Assembly: GCF_001194135.2 (NCBI RefSeq)
Contig: NC_068985.1
Span: 39,058,588-39,122,587, forward strand
DNA length: 64,000 nucleotides
Reading direction: 5' to 3'
Source: Octopus bimaculoides
Lineage: Eukaryota
In this document: positions 13,677-25,913 of the stretch, piece after piece
Position numbering within the stretch: the first letter of the stretch is position 1
Layout of the letters: each line of letters starts with the position of its first letter
Program-made: the position numbers and the translations under genes
Notes under the pieces: model-generated
Told to the model about the DNA's origin: nothing
What the model saw: the letters and a program-made list of their open reading frames with translations, nothing else
Databases searched by the model: none

Positions 13677-14119
13677 TTAGCAAGATAAAGAACACGGTAT
13701 CAATCGAAAAGACAATAACTGAATGAAACAAAAAGGGAAAGAGAAGTGAATATACCGCGTTAAACACAAGTACGGGAACAACTTATTCGAGAGAAGTGAG
13801 AAAACTTTCGGCTCAAAATACTGTGCAACATAAACCAGCTCGTGATCAGCTTACATATGGTTTCGAGAATGTATGCTGACGTAAAATTCTGGTCAGCGTA
13901 GTCCAGGAAATCATAAATTTTCTCCAGAACATAAACAGATTTTGAACCGAAACGCTGAGCAGTATTGTCGAACACAACAGTTATTTTCCAATGACAAAGA
14001 TAGCAACTGACAGCTAAGAACAGAATTGATGGTCAAAACAGACAGACGGAGATGTTGAATGTCATACGCGCAATGCTGGTAGTAGCTGTCAAAACAGCTT
14101 GTTATAGTAGTGTTGTGTG

Positions 14120-14410
14120 AAGGCGCGTAGCTAAGTAGTTAAAGCATTCGATTCACGATCGAAAGATCGTGAGTTCAACTCTCGGAGATCTGTTGTGTCC
14201 TTGAGCATGACACTTTATTTCACGTTGCTGCAGTCCACTCAACTGGCAAAAATGAGCAGTAGCTGTATTTCAAAGCGCCAGTCTTGTCACACTCTTCACA
14301 CTCTGTATCACGCTGAATCACCCTGAGAACTACGTTAAGGGTACACATATCTATGGAGTTCTCAGCCACTTACACGTTAATTTCGTGAGAAGACTGTTCC
14401 GTTGATCGGA
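14120..14410 (+). mobile_element. SINE family C, near full length
   Basis: Head GGCGCGTAGCTAAGTAGTTAAAGC...GAGTTCAACTC, then TGTGTCCTTGAGCA.GACACTTTATTTCACGTTGCT.CAGTCCACTCA.CTGGCAAAAATGAG, and tail ending GTTCCGTTGATCGGA. Confidence 0.85.
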
Positions 14411-15139
14411 CGCCATTATTTTAATGTGCTAATTTTCAACGGAGAAACATTGGCTGCATTCAAGAAGTGCTAGAATTGCTTCAACTAGATGAAGTTTTCA
14501 AAACTGATTCACCAGAAGGAAAATATTTCGAAGGTTCAACAGTACTAAGAACATGTGCTGCATGAAAGGAAGCGATGCTAAAGTTGCTAGTTGCCTTTTC
14601 ATTACAGAATTCATGAAATTAAAGGTAGATCTTTTAGAGCACCAAGAAATGTTGTAAATGATGAGCCATCTTCTCTGCATAAATACTTTCATAATTCTGA
14701 TGAACAAGTTTCTCACGATATCAGATAGGTGGCTTTAGATTAATATATGTAACTATTGTTGGAATATCAGTGAAATATATGAATATCGGCGAGAAAAGCA
14801 ATAAACAGTTATTTCGAACGAGAATACCTTAGGATATATGTTCCGCCAGTTTTCAGACAATCTTTTGTTACTTTCGTAATTGTAAATGCATTGAATCACT
14901 AACTGCCTTCTGGGATCCCATAACCAATAACATTAGTTTTCATGGCTGGTTGCTGACAAATTATTCTGCTTTGTAAGAGTAATTTACTCAGTATTTCTGC
15001 TACATTCGAAAAAATATCGTCTAATTTGTATCGTTCAATACACATTTCGACCCTCATAAAAACAAAATTTTGGTTTCTTTATAATTATACACGTAATTAT
15101 TTTTCATAATTATGTGATATAAAATAATAATAATATCAT

Positions 15140-15351
15140 GGGTTTCAAATTCTAGCACAATACCAGCAAGTTCGGGGAAGTGGGTAAGTCAATTACATTG
15201 ATCCTAGTGCTCAACTCGTATTTAGTTTATCAACCTCAAAAGGTTCAAAGTAAAGAGTCGACCACCTGCGGAATTTGAACTCAAAACGTATAGACGGACG
15301 AATTGCCGCTAAGCATTTTGCGTGGAGTCGTAACGATTCTGCCAGCTCACC
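15140..15351 (-). mobile_element. SINE family A copy, diverged
   Basis: GGAATTTGAACTCAAAACGTA...CCGCTAAGCATTT...ACGATTCTGCCAGCTCACC is the reverse complement of the family A head. Confidence 0.8.
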
Positions 15352-15984
15352 AATAATTGCTTGTATATGAAAAATAGTACTGTTTCAACCATGATCTGAC
15401 TTAGTCTCAATCAGTCATATTATAGACTTATAATGAAACGAGTTTCAACCGTTTCGAACGTTTTCTTTTCTTTTTTCGCCAAGTATATCAGGGACAAAAT
15501 ATCCCAAGTGTCTTCTTTTGTTAATTAAAAAAATATTTTCATTTGGCTGCTATTTCTATTTTGTCAGCTCACCTGAAACATCAACGCACTGTCGGTAGTA
15601 GGGATTACCTAAAGTTCATTTGCACTAAACTGCCAGTACTAATTATAAGCTCGCCTATAAATGCACACTTACGAAGGTCGATCTTATACCAGTAAACCTT
15701 TGGTAATAATCTTTGCAGTTCTTGCCATACTATCTTTTCTTTTCTCCAAGATTCATTACACAATGTGTCCTCCCATTGTTAATATAATAGCATATGACTT
15801 GAGTAAAAGTTCGCTGCTAAGCAGGATGTATGCACACGTGGAGGCTCCTTCGTTGTACTACGGTGGAAATTGAAATCAAAACCGAAAGGATGAAATGCTG
15901 TTTGTGTGTTAGTTACCATTAAATTTTCTATCACTCTCTCACCTCCTTATATATTAATGAATGATAAAGGAGCTGAATGCTTGA

Positions 15985-16300
15985 TTTACAGGAAATAGCA
16001 GCCAAACATATCTCAAATAATATATTCCATGTTTTTATAAAAGAAAAAGTAAGAGAGAATAATATACACTGAATGAACGAAGTTATGGCTTTGGTCATCA
16101 GCCTCCCACATGTGATCTGTCGTGGTACTAAACAAAACCAACACTAATAACACAGGCAAGGAATCTCAATATCGTTACACCACTGCTAGAAACGGTAGCC
16201 AAATATGTCACAGGATTACATTGACAGTCACCTGAAATTTGAATGGGTACCTTTGATAATGCAAATTTAGAAAACTGGTTTAAAATACATGTTATTCATA
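15985..16300 (+). repeat. Old dispersed repeat family F fragments (motif CTGCTAGAAATAGCAGCCAAA)
   Basis: The motif recurs at about 15990 and 16190 (+), 47580 (+), and inverted at about 2640, 15545 and 59745. Confidence 0.5.
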
Positions 16301-17974
16301 ACTATAATGTCATTGATCATAGTCTACTCAGTAATGGTTAGCCTGCGGCTAAATAATAGCAACACTATATCTTGTAAATAAAAGTGTCTGCCGTTAATAA
16401 TATCAGTATTTGATATCGGTTGTGACTAAAGAAACCTATATAAATTTTACACAACATAATTCTGAAACTAAGTTTAATGATGCATGAATGTATCCTATCA
16501 CGTTTTTTAACATGGTTCGCCGAATTGAACAAATTAAGATTGCATCTACAAGTTCGTTGATGGATTTTAAAATAAGACTGTTACTGGTAAGGTTTCGCCT
16601 AAATACAACATAATGCATCATTAATAGAATATTTTTTGTTATTTTAAGTAAAATGTGCTTTCTACTCCACATATCTTTATGTGTCTTTCTCTCTTTCTCA
16701 TTTTTTCTCTTCACATCTCTGTCTTTCACTCTCGCTTATTCAATATATATGTATACACAGAAGCGCCTGGTCTCGCTCCAGTGCCTAAAGTTGGCACTTC
16801 ATTCGTTAGGGATAAAAGAGAACCAGTCAAGTTGTAAACCCATGCCTAAAGGTTAAAGGTTGACATTAATTTTTCTTCTTGCAAAGGGCTTATGATTCTT
16901 GTATCAACTCAGAACATTTAAAAAGAAAATCAGTTTTGTGGGGAGTACGCGCGTATATGTGTATGCCTGTGTGTATGAGCCTGTGCGTGTATGTAAATGT
17001 ATGTATGTTCTAAGTTCTTTAAGCCACACGTTTCCATCTACATGCCCCTTCCCTCATTTAGAGCAAAGCGGGAAATTATGTTGCTATATAGAAAACTACT
17101 AACGAAAAATTTGTTGCCTTGCGCTGAAGCTTTTCATACTGGATTTAATTCAAGATAAGTATGGAAGCACCAAAAGTCAAATTAATGGAATATGCATTTA
17201 TTTAGTTTATTATCTTTTTGCTGGTTCCTGCAGAGTAGAATATTAATTGTATTCACTGCGTGCAGGAGTCTAACAACAGCAAACAACATTTAAAATAACT
17301 ATCACTGAAGAGGCAAAATTAAGTCGAATGACTATGACCTAAATTGCCCTGATGATGCATAAAGCTTGCGTTTTTACGCTCCAAGACTACAGGGGGGGAA
17401 TTTTGTATCTAGATTGCGAAAGTTGCGAATGTTATTGAAGTTCTATACAACGGGAGCGCCGTAAAACTAAATGCACATATTATTATTATAGTCTACGCTA
17501 CTTCGTTAACTTATAGTAACTTTGTATGAGAATATCTGTGAGTGTACTTGAGCGTAGTGTGCCTATATACGTCCGGATGGATGTGAGGAATTGTTGAGAT
17601 GTTTGGTGAGACAAGCAGGTGAAACAGAAGTCAACAGCATTTGTCCTTGTTTGTCCCCTCTATGTTTAGCCCCTTGTGGGCAATAAAGAAATAAGAAGTC
17701 AAAAGTATATGGGTATAAATACATTTTCATTGGTTGCAAACTTGGGTAACTGACTAACGGGCTAAGAGTTTGGGGCATAGAAATTACCAAACATAAATTA
17801 GAATATTTCATTAAATCCTCACCTCCCTTGAGCCACATAGAACTTATACAGTCGATTAAAATGTATGTGTTTGTGTGTGTATGTGTGTGTAGTCGTAGAT
17901 GTGAACGATATTTGTATGAGTGAAATGTTATGGACAGAACAATTTCAGGATATATATATATATGTATATATGTT

Positions 17975-18004
17975 TAGACAGACAGACAGATAGACAGATA
18001 GCTT

Positions 18005-18063
<59 letters not shown>

Positions 18064-18237
18064 GTGGGTGTTAGTTCCCCTGTACCATGCACTCGCCCTA
18101 AATACAATCAATATTTTACCTTTATGTATTCTCTTTGAACACTGTGCTTAAGAAAACACGCCGCAAGCCTTATATATGCATAACAGATCAAAGGTATACA
18201 TCGCAATGCAGACGGGATAACTAATATTCATACGTGG

Positions 18238-18325
<88 letters not shown>
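17975..18325. repeat. Two (GACA)n/(GATA)n tetranucleotide arrays
   Basis: Directly visible at about 17975-18063 and 18240-18325. Confidence 0.95.
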
Positions 18326-19093
18326 CACACACACAGATAAATAGATAGATGTGATGTGAGTATGTGTGCATATGTGTGTTTCTATGTATATGTGTATACG
18401 GCTGTGCGTGAATGTATGTCAGCTTATACATTTGTGTATATCTCATCAAGTATATGTAAATGTTACGTAAGTTGCAATAAATCAAACACCCATGCGGCCA
18501 CATCGTTGTGAGTGGTCCTCGGTCTGAATGTCTGTGTGTTGGGGAATTTGTGTTAGCATATGTATGCGACTATATTTGAGATGGCGACAGGCTCTTTCAA
18601 TAATCTGTTTTATATAGCATAATCTATTTAGTTAAATATCAGTAACGTATCTGACGGTAATCTACGTCTGCAATTATTTCTATGGAATCTCTTCCTCAGT
18701 TTAAGATATATATATATATATATATATATATACGTGCACACACATACACACATACGTATATATATATATATGTATATATNNNNNNNNNNNNNNNNNNNNN
18801 NNNNNNNNNNNNNNNNNNNNNNNNNNNNNNNNNNNNNNNNNNNNNNNNNNNNNNNNNNNNNNNNNNNNNNNNNNNNNNNNNNNNNNNNNNNNNNNNNNNN
18901 NNNNNNNNNNNNNNNNNNNNNNNNNNNNNNNNNNNNNNNNNNNNNNNNNNNNNNNNNNNNNNNNNNNNNNNNNNNNNNNNNNNNNNNNNNNNNNNNNNNN
19001 NNNNNNNNNNNNNNNNNNNNNNNNNNNNNNNNNNNNNNNNNNNNNNNNNNNNNNNNNNNNNNNNNNNNNNNNNNNNNNNNNATGATAGATCGC

Positions 19094-19304
19094 TAGCCAC
19101 TACACATTCTTTTTTTCTCTCCTTCTTTTCTCTCCTTGTTTCTCTCTTTGTTTCTTTCCATGTTCCTTTCTCTGGAACAGCGTAGGCTCGAAACGTTAAA
19201 GACTTTTTCACTTCCCGAGCGTTATACTAATACATCTGTTTGTTTTCTACACCACCTGTCTTCGTCTTTTGTTTTTTTGTTTTTTGTGTTTTGTGAATTC
19301 TCCC
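19094..19304 (+). mobile_element. Short repeat family E (pyrimidine tract plus hammerhead-like motif; possibly Penelope-like pLTR), copy 1
   Basis: Starts TAGCCACTA, has a pyrimidine tract, AGCGTAGGCTCGAAACGTT, CCCGAGCGTT and TGTCTTCGTCTT, and ends GTGAATTCTCCC followed by (TA)n. Homologous to 25700-25913 and 54997-55166. Confidence 0.7.
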
Positions 19305-19325
19305 TATATATATATTTATTTATAT

Positions 19326-19692
19326 AGGCGCAGGCGTCGCTGTATGGCAAGTAGCTTGCTTACCAATCACATGGTTCCGGGTTCAAACTCACTGCGTGGC
19401 ACCTCAGGCAGGTGTTTTCTGCTATAGCTTCCGACTGACCAAAATCTTGTTAGTGGACTGGAAGAATAGACGAAAATTGAAAGAAGCCTGTCGCATATAT
19501 ATGTATATGTATGTGCGTGCGTGTGTGTGTGTGTGTTTGTGTGTGTGTTTGTACTCTCAGCATCGCTTGACAAAAGAGAACGATAGAATAAGTACTAGGC
19601 TTCCAAAGAATAAGTCCTGCGGTCGAGTTGTTCGACTAACGGCGGTGTTCCAGCATGGCCGCAGTCAAATTACAGAAACAAATAAAAGAATA
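19326..19692 (+). mobile_element. SINE family B, full length with internal (TG)n
   Basis: GGCGCAGG head, CORE-like GCGTGGCACCT..GGCA.GTGT, internal microsatellite, and tail GATAGAATAAGTACTAGGCTT...CCAGCATGGCCGCAGTC...GAAACAAATAAAAGA. Confidence 0.9.
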
Positions 19693-20261
19693 AAAGAACT
19701 AAAGAAGATATATATACATAATATAAATAATATCTATGTATCTATCTACCTATCTATCTATCTACCTATCTATCTATCTATCTATCNNNNNNNNNNNNNN
19801 NNNNNNNNNNNNNNNNNNNNNNNNNNNNNNNNNNNNNNNNNNNNNNNNNNNNNNNNNNNNNNNNNNNNNNNNNNNNNNNNNNNNNNCATAATCAGTAAGC
19901 AGGATTCTACCACATATGTCTATTACGTTTGCACATTTTTCTGTGTATTTACATACACACACAGATATATATATATATATATATATATATGTATACATAC
20001 GGTCTACATAAATGGATTGATATTCGTATACTCATATTTATAAACTCATATGTATGAACTCAAATGTATGAACGCATACATTTGCCTTCATACATTTGTA
20101 GTGTGTGCTTTTGTTTCTGTACCTAAAAGGATCCATATTATTTTCGTTGTTTTGACTTTTTCATTATAGCAACTGACATATGCTTTTGGCATCCATATTT
20201 CCTATTTTAGACTTTCATTTCCATTTCAATATGCATTTATCTACAACGTCTCTAAGTGTAT

Positions 20262-20307
<46 letters not shown>

Positions 20308-20745
20308 NNNNNNNNNNNNNNNNNNNNNNNNNNNNNNNNNNNNNNNNNNNNNNNNNNNNNNNNNNNNNNNNNNNNNNNNNNNNNNNNNNNNNNNNNNNNN
20401 NNNNNNNNNNNNNNNNNNNNNNNNNNNNNNNNNNNNNNNNNNNNNNNNNNNNNNNNNNNNNNNNNNNNNNNNNNNNNNNNNNNNNNNNNNNNNNNNNNNN
20501 NNNNNNNNNNNNNNNNNNNNNNNNNNNNNNNNNNNNNNNNNNNNNNNNNNNNNNNNNNNNNNNNNNNNNNNNNNNNNNNNNNNNNNNNNNNNNNNNNNNN
20601 NNNNNNNNNNNNNNNNNNNNNNNNNNNNNNNNNNNNNNNNNNNNNNNNNNNNNNNNNNNNNNNNNNNNNNNNNNNNNNNNNNNNNNNNNNNNNNNNNNNN
20701 NNNNNNNNNNNNNNNNNNNNNNNNNNNNNNNNNNNNNNNNNNNNN

Positions 20746-20827
<82 letters not shown>

Positions 20828-23239
20828 AATACATGTACGCACTACCACACGCATACACACGCGCACATTTTGTGTGTGTAGCATCCGTGTTTTTCCATTT
20901 ATGTATTTCAATTTATGTTTACTAATCTTCATCTTTCTTTCTGTATCTCTTTGGCTAGACACGCGTGCTAACACACATTGTTATATATTTATATATGTGG
21001 TGCACGAAACAACAAGGCAAGATTTTGTTTCTATAATATTTCAATTAATCTCTATCAATATCTTAGTTTCTTTCTCTGCGAACAACTACCATTTACGCTA
21101 AGGATAACCTCCTGTGGCCTGTCTGAAAGGGTTTACGTTCGAAGTTTAAAATTTTTTTATTTCTTTCATGTTAAGCAAAAACTAAATCAGAAATACTTTT
21201 ATTCTTTACCTACCATAAAACTACTAGAAATTTTCCTATGAAAATTTATGAATGAGTATAAGGAGATGAATTCCTGTGGAAATATTCCTGTAAATAAATT
21301 TATTTCTAATGCATTCCTTTAGTTCTTGTGTAGTCTCTTCTTTAGCCGCTTCTATATAACCTGTTTCAGTAGCAAGAAAATATTATCGATACGCAACCGA
21401 GTCTCAATGACATACCTGAACTTGATAGAATTAGCAGTTAAGTAACCGTAAAATCAGCTCTTAACGCATGCGAAACAAAAACAGGGACACAGTGAATAAT
21501 GTAATCTGACATTTAACATTCATGAAAACGAAATAATGTGCAAATGATTAGTCAGCATTTAAGCGCGTATCTGACCATTCAAAGACAATAACAGCGTAAC
21601 AGCCTTGGAATATGTTCTCTTTTCATTATACCAACAACTAAAACCCATACTGATGTTAGACTTTATAATCTCTGGGTAAATAACCCACTGTTGTTATGAA
21701 TGTAATTTATTCCTGGAGCAACTATTATCAAGCAGACCTTCAATTAAATGTATTCCATTCTGGCTATTATATAATTTTATAAGTATGTTGGTGTACATAT
21801 TTACATGTAGCCTGTGTTCTAATAAAACTATAGAACTTGATTTATCGTCAAATGTATAAAATGTATATAACATTAAGAAATTTGCATTCGAAAGGTTAAG
21901 ATTCATCTTGGCGTTCAGAAAATAATTCAGTTTCATTGTGTTACCATCAACCTCGAAAGTTGGTTGCTTCAGACGCAAGTATCATTGATGTTATCCGCAA
22001 CTTTGTTTTGTTTTCTTTTGGGGAATGAAGAAAAAACAACTGAAGGTAAACCATTATGAAGTCACTTCAAGATACATTGGTCGTTAAATGTGTAAAACAT
22101 ATCTGAGATGTACAAAAATGTTTACTGTACAGAAACATATTCAAGTTTGGATCCCAACTAATTTTGCCCCGAATTTTTATTTTTATTTTACAAATTTAAC
22201 AAAAGAAATTATACCAAAACAGCCATTTCTTCCGCTTTAATATCGCAATATATTGACTTTGTTCTCTTGGTGTGTGCATTCTGTAATTTATTTGCTTTCA
22301 TGAATAGATTAACTCTTGGATATATAACCATACTAATGCAAAATTCAAATCCAGAATTTTACGTTTACTGAATAGTTTTAAGTATCTGTCAGACACCAAT
22401 ATACTGCGACACAACTTACAATGATGTCCCACCTCCTTGTCTCTTCTTCAACTGATACAATTTAATTTTTCTACTACTCTAGCAAGCATACTATTTAGTA
22501 TCTCTATTTTAAGAAATCTCATCTTTCCCTGACCTTGTACCTCACGTATCTAAAACTTCCCACGTTTGAGACTAAATATGTTGCCCTCTCGATGATAGTA
22601 TAGTTATGTTCATGTATCTGAGACAACTCACATGCAAGAGCACATTCAGGCACGTTCTTATACACTATGGATATAAGTAAAACATTTTATGAAGTTGCTC
22701 AACAGCAAATATAGCTGAAAATATTAGCTCATAAAATATTGGATAAAACACATTACCTTCGAAAAAAATAATCCGAGTGATCCAACTCCATGCAGCTAAT
22801 TGCAGCGCTACTATTATACCAGTGAAATATGCCGGCTTCTCTAATGCAATCAGAAGTAATAAACATTAACGTGACGAATGGATATTGCTTTTGTTTCCTA
22901 TCATATTTTTGAAGTTTTGGGAAGTAGGCAAAATTGGACTACTGCTATGAATCTCATAACATATAAGGTAAAAGAAACAAAAAAACCGAGACAGGAACAA
23001 TTTCTATAAAAATTAATACTATAGAGAATGGATTGAGAAAAGGAAGCATATAAATTTTATTTGTGTGAAATTGTTCCGTTGTGCATTTTAGAGTTGTTGA
23101 TGTTAATTTTAATTAGAGTAGTTATCATTTGTATCAATCTGAATGTGCTTCGCAGGTTTTGAAATATGAGTATGTTCGGCCGATTTTTTTTTATATCAGT
23201 GTTGAAAATNNNNNNNNNNTATATCAGTGTTGAAAATTC

Positions 23240-23283
<44 letters not shown>

Positions 23284-24893
23284 TGCAACAGACTCAGGTC
23301 TACAGTTTTACATCCAGGACAGAATTAAAATTAACTTTAGTCAAGAAGTTAATTTTCATTTACAAACTAGTCACGAAGCTCTCTGTGGTCCATCTGTCAA
23401 CGCCAGTGTAAAACCTCATTCTTCCAAATTGTGTCCAATTCTTACAACCTTCTCTACCCAGCATATCTATTGTGTTTCTTTCTTCGGTCACTCTACCAGA
23501 CATTCGTCACTACCTGGATTCTTATCACAGAAAAGAAAAACATAATACAAAAATATAACATACAGCATATTCGTTTGTTTTGATGATGAATGATTTTTTG
23601 TTGGTTGGATATAATAGATTATTTGAGAGGCCTCACGAAATCTAAGTGTTTTTCAAGCTTTTGCCTGTTACATTAATGCTGTAAGGGCGTTTAAGTATCT
23701 TTAACTGGAAGTCGAACCAGATCATGATCTCACCGAGTCGTTCCGAGTTATTTACCACTAACACTCCGCTACTTCCGACCCTGTTTCATTCAACCATCCT
23801 TTTAAATCAATTTTCTGTGAACTCTTTGATCTATTCATTAGTAATGGCACGCTTGTTTTGTTAAAAACAAAATCAAACTACAAGAACGAGGGGGCAATAC
23901 GTCTTGTTATAATAGCAACACATTGCATTTATAATCATTATAAAGGAAACTTTGAAATGCCACAACTCCTGCAAGCTACATAATTGCCACAAAAATCTGA
24001 GAAATTATATATTTTATTTTAACTATTTATTCGTTATTATTTATTTTATATTTATTTATGTGTTTGTTATGTATTTCTGCAGCTGATTATAAATCAAAGT
24101 AATGAGCAGAAAATAACTTACTATTTAATAAAAAGACAAACACGAAATGAAAACCAATTATACACAGATCTTAATCGAAGGAACTGATGTATGTACGTTC
24201 ATATATATATANNNNNNNNNNNNNNNNNNNNNNNNNNNNNNNNNNNNNNNNNNNNNNNNNNNNNNNNNNNNNNNNNNNNNNNNNNNNNNNNNNNNNNNNN
24301 NNNNNNNNNNNNNNNNNNNNNNNNNNNNNNNNNNNNNNNNNNNNNNNNNNNNNNNNNNNNNNNNNNNNNNNNNNNNNNNNNNNNNNNNNNNNNNNNNNNN
24401 NNNNNNNNNNNNNNNNNNNNNNNNNNNNNNNNNNNNNNNNNNNNNNNNNNNNNNNNNNNNNNNNNNNNNNNNNNNNNNNNNNNNNNNNNNNNNNNNNNNN
24501 NNNNNNNNNNNNNNNNNNNNNNNNNNNNNNNNNNNNNNNNNNNNNNNNNNNNNNNNNNNNNNNNNNNNNNNNNNNNNNNNNNNNNNNNNNNNNNNNNNNN
24601 NNNNNNNNNNNNNNNNNNNNNNNNNNNNNNNNNNNNNNNNNNNNNNNNNNNNNNNNNNNNNNNNNNNNNNNNNNNNNNNNNNNNNNNNNNNNNNNNNNNN
24701 NNNNNNNNNNNNNNNNNNNNNNNNNNNNNNNNNNNNNNNNNNNNNNNNNNNNNNNNNNNNNNNNNNNNNNNNNNNNNNNNNNNNNNNNNNNNNNNNNNTG
24801 AATATTATATCAAGTTAAATAACAAAGCTTTGCTTAAACCTTAATTTAAAAATAAGTTGAAGTTATTTACTAAAAGTACATTTTGATTTTAAC

Positions 24894-25295
24894 AAACGTT
24901 CGCACGGCGGGGAAAACATGCTTCGCGGCATTTCGTCCGTCTCTGCGTTCTGAGTTCGAAAAGCGCCGGAGATGGCTTTGCCTTTCATCCCTTCGGGGTC
25001 AATAAAAGAAGAACCAGCAGAGCACTGGTATCTATGTAATTGACTAAACTCACCCCGGCCTTGTGCCAAAATTTGAAATGAATATGTATCTGTAAGGCGG
25101 TGAGCTGTCAGAATCGTTAGCACGCCAGGCAAACTGCTACGCGGGATTTCTCCGAATTTACGTTCTGAGTTTAAATACCACCGGGCTTGAATTCTTCTTT
25201 AATCCTTTCGGGGTCTATAAAATATGTACTAGAGGAGCACTGAAGTCGATGTAATAGACCTAACATCCGCTATTGCTGGCCTTCTGCTAAAATTT
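24894..25295 (+). mobile_element. Two tandem diverged SINE family A copies (about 24894-25080 and 25093-25295)
   Basis: Both carry TTCTGAGTT, CTTTCATCC/AATCCTTTCGGGGTC.ATAAAA and the downstream GTCGATGTAAT-like motif. Confidence 0.8.
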
Positions 25296-25699
25296 TAAAC
25301 CAATGTTATGTTTGTAATTTTGTGTATTATGTATGTATAACTGTATGCATGAGTTTGTGTTCTACATTCTCATCAATAATAATTCATCATCTCGCCATTG
25401 ATGATAAATAGCGTGATAGGCGTCGAAGACAGTAAAATAATGAAACCTTGAATAAACAAAAACTTAAAACGCTACTGGAATTTCGTTTCAATACGCTTGT
25501 TAACCCATTATTTTAACCTAAATTCCTTATATCAACACCTCTCCTAATCTATTGTCTTGTTTATTCTAAGGAGATTGTATCCTGCAAATTTGTACTTCTC
25601 TGGTAAACGTTGCACGTAATTCCCTGGGGTTGTTTTGTGTTCGTGCTTTTGTCTTCTCTCCTGTGTGCTCTTTCAGTTGCCTTATTTCTGTTATAATTT

Positions 25700-25913
25700 T
25701 ACTTAATATTCCCTTCCTACCCTTCCTCTACCCTGTCTTTTGTTCCTTTTTCCATTCTCTCTCCATTTTTCCTCTCATTTATTTCTGTCGAAGAGCGTAG
25801 GCTCGAAATGTAAAATACTTCTCCATTTTTCCCGAGCGTCAAAATAATACACCTGCTCGTTGTTCCCATAGTTGTCTTCGTCTTTAGCTGCTTTGTCTTT
25901 GTAAATTTGAACC
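25700..25913 (+). mobile_element. Short repeat family E, copy 2
   Basis: CTGTCGAAGAGCGTAGGCTCGAAA at 25785-25808, CCCGAGCGTC, TGTCTTCGTCTTT, and an end GTAAATTTGAACC followed by (TA)n and a gap. Confidence 0.7.

Noticed and set aside
16488-16586. ATG-initiated ORF ending at a strong CTG|GTAAGG donor (MYPITFFNMVRRIEQ...MDFKIRLLL)
   Set aside because: No compatible downstream exon giving a sensible protein was found; plausible by chance.
17300-17345. CTGAAGA-GGC...GTC-GAAT hammerhead-like string
   Set aside because: GAAA is not intact, stems I and III are too weak, and there is no supporting outer structure.
23195-23240. Direct repeat TATCAGTGTTGAAAAT on both sides of a 10-N gap
   Set aside because: Typical unmerged contig overlap, an assembly artefact.
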